Positions 46,002-55,401 of a stretch of 55,401 bases of DNA are shown here, piece after piece (the first letter of the stretch is position 1; every line of letters starts with the position of its first letter). The DNA lies in contig JAZTVX010000065.1 in the NCBI GenBank assembly GCA_045635565.1, positions 1 to 55,401 on the forward strand, read 5' to 3'. Position numbers and translations under genes: made by a program. This DNA is from Alphaproteobacteria bacterium (GTDB taxonomy: Bacteria; Pseudomonadota; Alphaproteobacteria; CAAHEQ01; UBA3637). Below the pieces are notes generated by a model. The model saw nothing but the letters and a program-made list of their open reading frames with translations, had not been told where the DNA came from and searched no databases.

Positions 46002-46769
46002 TTATTTTCTTGTTTTCGGTTGATATTTTTGTGTCAATTTAATGGCTTTTTGTGTCCAATCATTCTGACTATAATATGTTTTTAATATCCGAACCATTTC
46101 CAACGCCTGGGCGTGCATACCTAACGATTCATAACACACAACCAACCGATACAATGCTTCCGGCGTCTGATTGGTATGAGGGTGTTCCAATAAAACTGTT
46201 TGAAACCGATTCATGGCCGGTATAAATTCAGCATGCTTTAAATAATACCGGCCAACAGCCATTTCTTTACCGGCCAAATGGGCTTCAATTTCCTTTAACT
46301 TTACCTGAATGTCGGCAACATATATCGAGTTCGGGAAACGAGCCAAAATTTCCTGAAATGTCAGTAACGCATCTTGCGTCATTTTTTGTTCACGGGACAC
46401 ATCTGACATTTGTTCATAATAACAAAGTCCTTTTAAATAATAAGCGTACGCAATATTCCGATTCCCCGGGTGAAGTTGAATAAATCTGTCTAATGTCAAA
46501 ATAGCATCATCATACTTATTAGCAGAATAATACGCATATGCTGCCATAATTTGAGCCCGTGGTGCCCACACAGAATACGGATGCTGACGTTCTATTTCAT
46601 CAAAGTACTGAGCTGATGTATCATACTCTTTGGCTTTAAAATCATTATACCCTCGCATATACAATTGTTCAACCGGCATATCCGGTATAACACCGTTATC
46701 GGCAGCACAACCTGTCAATATACCACTCAATACCATAGCACTCATCCAACTCATATATCTTTTTTTCAT
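46002..46769 (-). CDS. bamD: Outer membrane protein assembly factor BamD
   Basis: Lipobox LTGC, ERQHPYSVWA, HPGN, RFPNS and EM.VGRYY; upstream of recN. Confidence 0.95.
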   Translation of the reverse strand: MKKRYMSWMSAMVLSGILTGCAADNGVIPDMPVEQLYMRGYNDFKAKEYDTSAQYFDEIERQHPYSVWAPRAQIMAAYAYYSANKYDDAILTLDRFIQLHPGNRNIAYAYYLKGLCYYEQMSDVSREQKMTQDALLTFQEILARFPNSIYVADIQVKLKEIEAHLAGKEMAVGRYYLKHAEFIPAMNRFQTVLLEHPHTNQTPEALYRLVVCYESLGMHAQALEMVRILKTYYSQNDWTQKAIKLTQKYQPKTRK

Positions 46770-46966
46770 ATACAACCTCATTTTGATGTTTTTTGTATCC
46801 TAACAAGAAACAAAAATTTATTCAAGTATTTTATAACTGTTTTTTTGGGTTTATATATAATCATGCTTCCAATGAAAGAAAAGATAAAAAAACAAAACCT
46901 TTCCTGTTGACTTTTCAAAAAGAGGATTTTAAGATAAATCTATTATAACAAACAAGGGAGAAGAAT

Positions 46967-48787
46967 ATGTCAACACAAAAAATACCAACTACAAATCCCA
47001 AAGTCATCGATTGGGTTAATGAGATTGCCGATTTAACGGAACCGGATGCTGTTTATTGGTGCGACGGTTCACAAAAAGAAAGCGATGCCATCAACAATTT
47101 ATTGATTGAAAATGGTACATTTATCCCTCTTAATCCCAAAAAACGCCCTAACAGTTTTTTGGCTCGTTCAAATCCGAAAGATGTTGCACGGGTTGAATCC
47201 CGTACGTTTATTTGTTCAAAAAGCGAAAAAGATGCCGGTCCGACAAATAACTGGGCAAACCCCAAAAAAATGAAAAAGACCTTAAACAAACTACTCAAAG
47301 GTTGTATGAAAGGTCGAACAATGTACGTTATTCCCTTTTCAATGGGTCCGTTAGGTTCTGACATCGCTCAAATAGGCATCGAAATTACTGATTCGCCTTA
47401 TGTGGTTGCGAATATGCGTATTATGACCCGTATGGGACAAAAAGTTTGGAAAATACTGGGCGACAACGACTTCGTTAAATGTCTTCATTCCGTGGGGGTT
47501 CCTCTCAAAAAAGGGGAAAAAGATGTTTCTTGGCCCTGTAATCCCGAAAACACTTACATTACGCATTTTCCTGAAACACGTGAAATTATTTCTTTCGGTA
47601 GTGGTTACGGTGGCAATGCTTTATTAGGTAAAAAATGTTTAGCCTTGCGTATTGCCAGCACAATGGCTCGTGATGACGGTTGGTTAGCCGAACATATGTT
47701 AATCGTCGGTTTGGAAAACAAAAAACTAAAAATCAAATCATATGTCACGGCTGCATTCCCCAGTGCCTGTGGCAAAACAAACATGGCAATGTTAATTCCA
47801 CCAAAAGAAATGAAAGATTGGAAAGTATCAACTATCGGTGATGACATTGCTTGGATAAAACCGAAAAAAGACGGGCGCTTGTACGCTATCAATCCCGAAG
47901 CCGGTTTTTTTGGTGTCGCTCCGGGAACGTCACCAAAGACAAATAAAAACGCCATTGAATCATGTCGAGCCAATACAATTTTTACAAATGTTGCCTTAAC
48001 GGATGATGGTGATGTTTGGTGGGAAGGGTTAACGGATGAACCACCGCATCACTTAATTGACTGGCAAGGTAACGATTGGACACCTGATTTAAAAACGCCG
48101 GCAGCACACCCCAACTCTCGTTTTACAGCACCGGCAGGACAATGCCCGATTATCGATAAAAATTGGGAAAATCCGGCAGGTGTTCCAATTGATGCGTTCA
48201 TTGTCGGTGGCCGTTTGGCAACAAATGCACCATTAGTTTATCAGGCATTCAACTGGCAACACGGTGTTTATCTGGCAAGCACAATGGGTTCTGAAAAAAC
48301 AGCGGCTGCCGAAGGCAAAACAGGGGAAATTCGTCGTGATCCCATGGCAATGTTACCCTTCTGCGGGTACAACATGGGTCGTTACTGGGAACACTGGTTA
48401 GAAGTTGGAGCAAAAATCAAACATAAACCTCTTGTTTTTCGTGTCAACTGGTTTAGAAAAAATGCTGACGGACAATTTATGTGGCCCGGTTTTGGTGACA
48501 ACATGCGTGTATTGGAATGGATTGTCAAACGTACACAAGGCATGGCAAATGCCCAAGAAACTGTTTTAGGTTGGTCACCTGATTATCAAGATTTGACGTG
48601 GAAAGGTTTAACCATGACAGAAGACCAATTCAATGAACTCATGACAGTTGATATTTCGACAGCATTACGAGAAGTTGAATCGCAAAAAGAACATTATAAA
48701 CCGTTTAAAAAACAAAAAACGTTACCGATTGAACTGGAAGCAGAAATCACATTACAAGAAGAACGTTTAAAAAAAGCACAATTATAA
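46967..48787 (+). CDS. pckG: Phosphoenolpyruvate carboxykinase (GTP)
   Basis: [41 protein letters not shown] and [12 protein letters not shown] motifs. Confidence 0.98.
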   Translation: MSTQKIPTTNPKVIDWVNEIADLTEPDAVYWCDGSQKESDAINNLLIENGTFIPLNPKKRPNSFLARSNPKDVARVESRTFICSKSEKDAGPTNNWANPKKMKKTLNKLLKGCMKGRTMYVIPFSMGPLGSDIAQIGIEITDSPYVVANMRIMTRMGQKVWKILGDNDFVKCLHSVGVPLKKGEKDVSWPCNPENTYITHFPETREIISFGSGYGGNALLGKKCLALRIASTMARDDGWLAEHMLIVGLENKKLKIKSYVTAAFPSACGKTNMAMLIPPKEMKDWKVSTIGDDIAWIKPKKDGRLYAINPEAGFFGVAPGTSPKTNKNAIESCRANTIFTNVALTDDGDVWWEGLTDEPPHHLIDWQGNDWTPDLKTPAAHPNSRFTAPAGQCPIIDKNWENPAGVPIDAFIVGGRLATNAPLVYQAFNWQHGVYLASTMGSEKTAAAEGKTGEIRRDPMAMLPFCGYNMGRYWEHWLEVGAKIKHKPLVFRVNWFRKNADGQFMWPGFGDNMRVLEWIVKRTQGMANAQETVLGWSPDYQDLTWKGLTMTEDQFNELMTVDISTALREVESQKEHYKPFKKQKTLPIELEAEITLQEERLKKAQL

Positions 48788-48798
48788 AAAAAAGTTTC

Positions 48799-48832
48799 AA
48801 ACCCCCTGTACACAAAAAGACAGGGGGTTTTT
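48799..48832 (+). terminator. Rho-independent terminator after pckG
   Basis: AAACCCCCTGT-10 nt-ACAGGGGGTTTTT. Confidence 0.88.
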
Positions 48833-48863
48833 GATAATCATACATATGCATAAATGATTTTCA

Positions 48864-48892
48864 TTGACAAAAAACAAAAATAGTTGTAAACT
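48864..48892 (+). promoter_or_regulatory. Putative sigma70 promoter for the AbiEii-like gene pair
   Basis: TTGACA (48864-48869), 17 bp, TAAACT (48887-48892). Confidence 0.65.
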
Positions 48893-48951
48893 AGACATAA
48901 AATCATCATTTTTCATAAAAAAACAGCCTAAAAATAAATAAAGGTTACAGC

Positions 48952-50034
48952 ATGATACAAGGCAAAACATTCCAAAAACTATCTCGTCGGCTCGGTATTC
49001 GCGCCGAAACGTTGGAACGTGATTATGTAATGAATTTAATTTTAGATGCCTTTGCTCATTGTCCATCAACACAAAATTCATTTTTCTTTAAGGGTGGTTG
49101 CTGTGTCCATAAGTGTTTTTCTCAACACACCTTTGATGCTAAAAACCCACAACTTTCATATTTCTTAAACGGTCGTTTTTCATCCGATATTGATTTAACA
49201 GTAACACCGAATATGATGTCCACTGAAAAATTGATGCAGGCCTTTAATGAAGTAAAAGAATATGTTTATCATCGGCATGGATTAGTTATTAACCAATTTT
49301 CATTTCCCATTCATGCCAACAACAAACAACAAATTGAAAATCGTCAAAAATGCAATAGTCGAGGCATTATTCATTTTGAAGGTCCGATGTATAACAATCG
49401 TTTCAATTCACCCGCAATGAAATTTGATATCACAGCAGATGAACGGGTCGTTTTCGCGCCTTACAAACGATTGATTTATCACCCTTATTCCAACGAAGAA
49501 GAAGAAATGGTTTTAGTAGCAAAAACATACACATTACGTGATATTTTTGCCGAAAAAATACGTGCTCTATTTGAACGGTGTTCACCTCGTGATTTGTATG
49601 ATTTGGTTATTTTGCAATCACATCCGGATTTAGACGAAATACGCCGAACAGGCATTGGCCTATCTATCATTGAAAAATTCATGCTCAAAAAAATGGATTA
49701 CAATTTGTCAGGTAATCGATTGGAAACGACACAACGGCATGGCACACCTTTGCTTGAACATTGTCGGACATCATGGGAAAATGCATTAACCAGACAAGTT
49801 GCATCTATGCCTGATTACGAAGAATATATCACTCAATTACCGAATATAATTTCTTTTGCTCAACAATGTATTCGAATGGCACAAAAAGAAATTTTACACC
49901 ATCATAGGAAAACATCAGAACCACTATCGACCACTGTCCAATATTTATTGATCGAAGAAACCTCAAAAATGTCCGAGTTTCAAAAACAAATAAACCAAGT
50001 ACTTGCCGAAGAAAAAAATACGAGGCTCAAATGA
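48952..50034 (+). CDS. AbiEii/AbiGii (DUF1814) family nucleotidyltransferase, copy 1
   Basis: LERDY, FKGG..VHKCF, RFSSDIDL, EKIRALFER and RDLYDL motifs. Confidence 0.92.
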   Translation: MIQGKTFQKLSRRLGIRAETLERDYVMNLILDAFAHCPSTQNSFFFKGGCCVHKCFSQHTFDAKNPQLSYFLNGRFSSDIDLTVTPNMMSTEKLMQAFNEVKEYVYHRHGLVINQFSFPIHANNKQQIENRQKCNSRGIIHFEGPMYNNRFNSPAMKFDITADERVVFAPYKRLIYHPYSNEEEEMVLVAKTYTLRDIFAEKIRALFERCSPRDLYDLVILQSHPDLDEIRRTGIGLSIIEKFMLKKMDYNLSGNRLETTQRHGTPLLEHCRTSWENALTRQVASMPDYEEYITQLPNIISFAQQCIRMAQKEILHHHRKTSEPLSTTVQYLLIEETSKMSEFQKQINQVLAEEKNTRLK

Positions 50035-51146
50035 TTGATGGAAAAGTTTTGCAAAATATATCTCGTCGAACCGGTATTCGAGCTGAATTGCTTGAAAAAG
50101 ATTACGTAATGAATCTGCTTTTAGATGCGATTGCCAATTGTCCCTCGGCACGTAATAAAATCTTCCTCAAAGGAGGAGCGGCCATATACAAATGCTATAA
50201 TTTTCATGACAACACGCCACAAAATAAAAAAACACCCTCACCATTATTATTGAATATGCGGTTTACTGATGATTTAGACTTTACCGTCACACCAGATTTA
50301 ATGTCAGAAGAAAAACTGCACACCGTTTTCAATGAAATCGCACAATACTTATTGGAACGGCACGGATTGGTTATCAATCAATTTTCGTTTCCCATTCATA
50401 GCAACAAAAAACAAATATTTGATGGCCATGAAAAACGTAATTGTCGAGGATTTATTCACTTTGAAGGACCAATGTTTAACCCACGTTTTAATTCGCCAAC
50501 ATTAAAAATGGATATAACATCGGATGAACATATTGCTTTTTTGCCTTATTTATTACCAATAAAACACCCGTATCCGACACGATCGGTTGATCAACCGTTG
50601 TTTGCACAAACATACACATTCCGTGATATTTTAGCCGAAAAAATTCGGGCATTATTCGAACGTATTTCAGCCAAAGATTTATATGATTGTCTTTTTTTGC
50701 TGTCACACCCTCAAATGGATGAATTACGAAAAACAGGTATTGGTATTGCTTTAATTGACAAGCTAAAAGCACGTAATTTGTCACCCCAAGTATCATGGAC
50801 ACTTTTCACACAACGGGTTGATGAAAATGAAACCCCTATTGATGCCAGAAATGAATTTCAATCACAATGGGAATCAACATTAAGCCGTCACTTTGTTCAA
50901 TTACCACCGTTTGACTTTGCTTGGGAAAAATCCGTTGAGGTTATTGAATTTGCACGCAGTTGTTTGACATTAGCCCGAGCACGTATTGCTGAATTACAAC
51001 GCAAAAATCCAGATCAGGATATTCATGTTGTCATTGATAATTTGATTATTGAACAACGCAACAATGAAGTTAAAGCCATTAACCGACAAGTTAATCAAAC
51101 ATTGAATAATATACAAAACAGACTTGTAGACAGTCAAAAAAGTTAA
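50031..51146 (+). CDS. AbiEii/AbiGii (DUF1814) family nucleotidyltransferase, copy 2
   Basis: LEKDY, LKGG..IYKCY, RFTDDLDF, EKIRALFER and KDLYD motifs; ATGA overlap with copy 1. Confidence 0.92.
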   Translation: MIDGKVLQNISRRTGIRAELLEKDYVMNLLLDAIANCPSARNKIFLKGGAAIYKCYNFHDNTPQNKKTPSPLLLNMRFTDDLDFTVTPDLMSEEKLHTVFNEIAQYLLERHGLVINQFSFPIHSNKKQIFDGHEKRNCRGFIHFEGPMFNPRFNSPTLKMDITSDEHIAFLPYLLPIKHPYPTRSVDQPLFAQTYTFRDILAEKIRALFERISAKDLYDCLFLLSHPQMDELRKTGIGIALIDKLKARNLSPQVSWTLFTQRVDENETPIDARNEFQSQWESTLSRHFVQLPPFDFAWEKSVEVIEFARSCLTLARARIAELQRKNPDQDIHVVIDNLIIEQRNNEVKAINRQVNQTLNNIQNRLVDSQKS

Positions 51147-51275
51147 TATATCAATAGGTTGCAAACTTTTTAATTGGACACACTTTTCCATGTTTATTTG
51201 CTGAATTTGATAACAAAAAAGGGCTTTCACAAGCCACCGAACAAACATACACTTTTAATCAAAACATCAAACAGA

Positions 51276-51479
51276 TTAATTTTTTGACCGATTAAGCAAA
51301 TTCAACATGCTGGTTATACCACCGGATGTTGCCCGTTGTCGATTCACAAAATAACTCTGACGATTATTCATGGCCCGAGCATACCGTTTCAAAAACGATT
51401 GTTCGTACTCCCGAACTTCCGGAGTTTCGGAAATCTTTACCAATGCCTGTAATAAATGTCTTCGTTTTTCAATGACCAT
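51276..51479 (-). CDS. Small basic hypothetical protein
   Basis: 67 aa, RBS CGGAG, fills the gap between the AbiEii pair and pheS. Confidence 0.6.
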   Translation of the reverse strand: MVIEKRRHLLQALVKISETPEVREYEQSFLKRYARAMNNRQSYFVNRQRATSGGITSMLNLLNRSKN

Positions 51480-51671
51480 TTATCGACTCCGTTACCATGT
51501 GAATAAACTCACTTTTTGCCATCATATCATAAAATTCCAAACCTGTCAAATGAATATTTTGAGAAAAACACCATAAAAATTATTATTGAAAATGTTTCTT
51601 TTTTGTTTCTTTTTAAACAAGAATATGCTATACATCGTCTATCTTTAATTGATAACGAATAGGAAAGAAAA

Positions 51672-52763
51672 ATGGAACAACAAATTAAAGAAATGAAACC
51701 GACACTCATTCAAGCCATTCAACAAGCAGAAAATCTTGTTGCACTTGATGAAATTCGTGTCAAATCGCTTGGTAAAAACGGTTCTATAACCGGTTTAATG
51801 AAATCTATCGGCAAATTAAGTGCCGAAGAACGTAAATCTGCCGGTCAGATTTTAAATGTATTCAAAGATGAAATATCTTCTTTGATTGATGAAAAAAAAC
51901 AAGCCCTTGAATTGCAGGAAATGAATGAACGATTAGCTTCGCAAACTGTTGATATAACATTGCCTGTTCGTCCAAATACCAATGTCGGACGCATTCATCC
52001 GGTATCACAAGTGACAGAAGAAATGCTGACTATCTTTGCTCAAATGGGATTTGAAGTTGCCGAAGGTCCTGATATTGAAGATGATTTTCACAATTTCGAA
52101 GCCTTAAACATTCCCTCGGCACACCCTGCTCGTCAAATGCAGGCAACATTTTTCATGGAAAACACAACGGATAAAGTATTACGCACACAAACATCCGGTG
52201 TTCAAATTCGTACAATGGAAAACAAAAAACCACCCATTAAAATTGTTGCCCCCGGTCGAACATATCGTCGTGATTATGATATGACCCACACACCGATGTT
52301 TCACCAAATTGAAGGCCTGGTTATTGATACTGAAACAAATTTAGCCCACTTAAAATCAACATTGGTTGAATTTATGAAATTGTTTTTTGAAACGGATGAT
52401 GTTGCATTACGGTTCCGCCCATCATACTTTCCGTTCACAGAACCCTCATACGAAGCCGATGTCGGCTGTTCTCGCGAAAACGGTGAATTTAAAATCAAAT
52501 CCGGTGCTGGTTGGTGTGAGTTATTGGGGTGTGGCATGGTACATCCGAATGTTTTACGCAATTGCGGTTTAGATCCGAATGTCTATCAAGGCTTTGCATT
52601 CGGCTGTGGAATAGACAGGTTTGCCATGTTAAAATACGGCATTCCGGATTTACGCAGTTTCTTTGATGCCGATATGCGTTGGATTAGACATTACGGTTTC
52701 TTGCCATTAGATTTGCCGACAATTACCAGTGGATTAAGTTTAAACGGAGGATTAAAACGATGA
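51672..52763 (+). CDS. pheS: Phenylalanine--tRNA ligase alpha subunit
   Basis: HPAR, LRTQTS, FHQIEG, FPFTEPS and GFAFG motifs. Confidence 0.99.
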   Translation: MEQQIKEMKPTLIQAIQQAENLVALDEIRVKSLGKNGSITGLMKSIGKLSAEERKSAGQILNVFKDEISSLIDEKKQALELQEMNERLASQTVDITLPVRPNTNVGRIHPVSQVTEEMLTIFAQMGFEVAEGPDIEDDFHNFEALNIPSAHPARQMQATFFMENTTDKVLRTQTSGVQIRTMENKKPPIKIVAPGRTYRRDYDMTHTPMFHQIEGLVIDTETNLAHLKSTLVEFMKLFFETDDVALRFRPSYFPFTEPSYEADVGCSRENGEFKIKSGAGWCELLGCGMVHPNVLRNCGLDPNVYQGFAFGCGIDRFAMLKYGIPDLRSFFDADMRWIRHYGFLPLDLPTITSGLSLNGGLKR

Positions 52764-55120
52764 AAATTTCTTTAAGAGCACTCAAAAAATATTTGGATAC
52801 GACAGCCTCCACACAGGAAATTGCCGACACATTGACTTCTATCGGCTTGGAAGTGGAAGAAGTGATTGACAATGCATCATCACTTACACCTTTTCGCATT
52901 GCTGAAATCAAGACGGTTGAAAGCCATCCAAATGCTGACAAATTACATGTTTTAGGTGTATTTACGGGTCAGGAAATGATTCAAATCGTTTGTGGGGCTC
53001 CCAATGTTCGTATTGGCATGAAATCCGTTCTAGCCCGTGAAGGTGATTTAATTCCACTTTACAACGAACGGCTGAAAAAAGGGATGATTCGGGGTATAGA
53101 AAGCATGGGTATGCTTTGTTCGGAAAAAGAATTAGGCATCAGTGATAACCATGAAGGCATTATCGACTTAATAACAGACTTACCGGCAGGAACACCGGCA
53201 AGCGATGTTTTGGCAAGTGATATCATTCTAGATGTTAATGTAACACCCAATCGGGGGGATTGCTTCGGAGTCAAAGGAATTGCTCGAGATTTATCGGCCA
53301 CAGGTATCGGAACATATATTTCTCATGATGTTACCGAAATTGACGGACATTTTACATCACCCATACAAGTTCAAATTCATGATGAAGATTGTCCTCAATT
53401 TGTCGGTCGATACATTCGCAATGTTAAAAACGGCGAAAGTCCTAAATGGTTACAGGAATTTCTGATTTCAATGGGCATGCGTCCAATTTCGGCATTGGTT
53501 GACATCACAAATTACCTCAACGTTGCAGAATGTCGTCCGCTCCATGTATTTGATGCCGATAAATTAAATGGTCATCTTACTGTTCGCAAAGCCCGAGAAG
53601 GAGAAAAGATTCTCGCTTTAAATGAAAAAGAATACGAATTGACGGATAAAATGACAGTTATTGCCGATGATAACGGTGTATTAAGTATTGCCGGTGTTAT
53701 GGGAGGTGAAGCAACCGGTTGTACAAAAGATACTGTCAATGTCTTTTTAGAATCAGCTTATTTTACACCGATTTCAATTGCACACACCGGTCGAACATTA
53801 AATGCCGAATCAGATTCCCGCACACGGTTTGAACGAGGGATTGATCCTGCCTCACAAATCATGGGTAACAACATTGCAACACAATTGATTTTGGATATCT
53901 GTGGTGGTGAAGTATCAGATATCGTCATTGCCGGTCATGAACCAAACTGGCACCATGAAATTGATTTTGATTTCGGATTGGTCAAACGGTTGTGTGGATT
54001 AGATATTCCACATCAAAAAATGGTTGATATCTTGGAAAAACTGGGTTTCACAGTGAACGAAACAAAAATCAGCGTTCCGTCATGGCGAACAAATGATGTC
54101 AAAGAAGGAGCTGATTTAGTTGAAGAAATTGTTCGCATTAACGGATTGGATGATTTACCGACCCTCCCATTACGTCCGACAGAATTGCCGTTAGGGATTT
54201 TAATGCCTCATCAAAAAAGAGAAAGTGCTATCAGACGGGCATTGGCAGCCCGTGGATTGAATCAAGCCATTACCTGGTCTTTTATGGATTCAAAATTGGC
54301 TCAATATTTCAATTCAAAAGGGATTCGAATTGCTAATCCTATTGCTTCTGATTTGGATGAAATGCGTCCATCACTCGTTCCAAATCTGTTATCGGCTGTT
54401 CAACGCAATCAAGACAGAGGAATGAGTGATGTTCAATTATTTGAAGTCGGACCGGAATTTTATTCCACAACGCCCAAAGAACAACGCATGGTAGCCTGTG
54501 GTGTTCGATCCGGTCACTTTACACCACGTCACTTCCTTGAAAAAATGCGAGATGTTGATGTATTCGATGCAAAAGCCGATGCATTAGATGCTTTGGCCTC
54601 CATCGATGCACCTCAAAATTTACAGGTTGTGCGTAAGGCTCCGTCTTGGTACCATCCGGGTCGTTCTGGGGCTTTAACACTCGGAAAAAATGTTGTTGCT
54701 TATTTCGGTGAAATTCATCCGATGATATTAAAGGTTTTTGATATCAAAACACCTGTTGTTGCTTTTGAAATTTATATGGATAACGTACCACAAGCACGGG
54801 CAAAATCAAAATCTCAAAAACTGCTTAAAATGTCAAATTTAATGCCATTGACACGAGATTTTGCCTTTGTTGCCGATAAAACAATCGAAGCAAGTAAGTT
54901 AATCGTAGCCATTCAAAACGTTGATAAAGAAAAAATCACAAATGTTTCATTGTTCGACGTTTATGAAGGTGATAAATTACCCCAAGGTAAAAAATCGATT
55001 GCCGTACAGGTAACAATTTGGCCATCTGAAAAAACAATGACGGACAAGGAAATTGAAATATTAAGCACGCAAATTATAAATGCTGTCCACAAATCAACCG
55101 GGGCTGAATTACGTTCTTAA
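52760..55120 (+). CDS. pheT: Phenylalanine--tRNA ligase beta subunit
   Basis: HPNADKL, CGAPN, TPNRGD, RFERG, DLVEEIVR, RDFAF and LFDVYEG motifs. Confidence 0.99.
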   Translation: MKISLRALKKYLDTTASTQEIADTLTSIGLEVEEVIDNASSLTPFRIAEIKTVESHPNADKLHVLGVFTGQEMIQIVCGAPNVRIGMKSVLAREGDLIPLYNERLKKGMIRGIESMGMLCSEKELGISDNHEGIIDLITDLPAGTPASDVLASDIILDVNVTPNRGDCFGVKGIARDLSATGIGTYISHDVTEIDGHFTSPIQVQIHDEDCPQFVGRYIRNVKNGESPKWLQEFLISMGMRPISALVDITNYLNVAECRPLHVFDADKLNGHLTVRKAREGEKILALNEKEYELTDKMTVIADDNGVLSIAGVMGGEATGCTKDTVNVFLESAYFTPISIAHTGRTLNAESDSRTRFERGIDPASQIMGNNIATQLILDICGGEVSDIVIAGHEPNWHHEIDFDFGLVKRLCGLDIPHQKMVDILEKLGFTVNETKISVPSWRTNDVKEGADLVEEIVRINGLDDLPTLPLRPTELPLGILMPHQKRESAIRRALAARGLNQAITWSFMDSKLAQYFNSKGIRIANPIASDLDEMRPSLVPNLLSAVQRNQDRGMSDVQLFEVGPEFYSTTPKEQRMVACGVRSGHFTPRHFLEKMRDVDVFDAKADALDALASIDAPQNLQVVRKAPSWYHPGRSGALTLGKNVVAYFGEIHPMILKVFDIKTPVVAFEIYMDNVPQARAKSKSQKLLKMSNLMPLTRDFAFVADKTIEASKLIVAIQNVDKEKITNVSLFDVYEGDKLPQGKKSIAVQVTIWPSEKTMTDKEIEILSTQIINAVHKSTGAELRS

Positions 55121-55137
55121 TGAGTCAGTATTCATTC

Positions 55138-55168
55138 AAAAGGCAGTTCAATTGAACTGCCTTTTTTG
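55138..55168. terminator. Bidirectional terminator
   Basis: Perfect palindrome AAAAGGCAGTTCAATTGAACTGCCTTTT between convergent genes. Confidence 0.9.
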
Positions 55169-55181
55169 TTGGACCAATAAA

Positions 55182-55400
55182 CTATCGTTGACAATAAACC
55201 TTTCCTGTTTCATTGTCTTTCGTTGGTGTTCGTGACGCATTCCGACATAATTGTGCCGATAATTCATCTATGCCGATTTCGTTACTGCCGACATCAATTT
55301 CAGAACCCCAACAATCACCGTTGATATCTTGCCATTCTCCGGCATCACATGTTTGAACACAATATTTTAACTCGTCAACCTTCATCATTATCCGACGGTT
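55182..55400 (-). CDS. C-terminal part of a Cys-rich protein (5' end beyond the right window edge)
   Basis: The frame is open to the window edge: NRRIMMKVDELKYCVQTCDAGEWQDINGDC...LCRNASR...VYCQR*. The CxAGE-x5-GxC motif is shared with the left-end protein. Confidence 0.75.
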   Translation of the reverse strand, partial: NRRIMMKVDELKYCVQTCDAGEWQDINGDCWGSEIDVGSNEIGIDELSAQLCRNASRTPTKDNETGKVYCQR

Positions 55401-55401
55401 A

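Noticed and set aside
48854-48906. 8-bp inverted repeat (ATGATTTT/AAAATCAT) around the AbiEii promoter as an AbiEi operator or second invertible element
   Set aside because: Too short and AT-rich to distinguish from chance.

Overview
AT-rich bacterial chromosomal segment. Gene order (yqeY-dnaG-rpoD; rpmF-plsX-fabH-ihfA-merR; bamD-recN-ligA; birA-rnj; mreBCD-mrdA-rodA) points to an alphaproteobacterium, and the 'GRSMVE' pilin-like gene suggests an uncultured host/gut-associated lineage (inference). Most of the window is housekeeping. The strongest unexplained structure is at 976-1150: a perfect 25-bp inverted repeat, each arm shaped like a recombinase site (dyad around an A7 core), encloses a 125-bp segment with a TTGACA-17-TAATAT promoter. 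That promoter currently points away from an adjacent Cys-rich type IV pilin-like gene (<1..930, missed by the ORF track), so this is a candidate invertible phase-variation switch in the OFF state. Other notable items: a small accessory island after tRNA-Thr(GGT) with orphan genes, a 51-aa serine-recombinase remnant, duplicated co-varying hairpins, a broken GT8 and an intact GT10 fucosyltransferase; two tandem AbiEii-type nucleotidyltransferases with no visible antitoxin; an apparently catalytically dead IS481-like integrase core appended to the ihfA-merR operon; a prepilin peptidase lacking the Cys/methylase domain; and Cys-rich genes of apparently the same family at both window ends. No CRISPR array or rRNA was seen. 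All family calls come from motif recognition by eye; no database searches were run.
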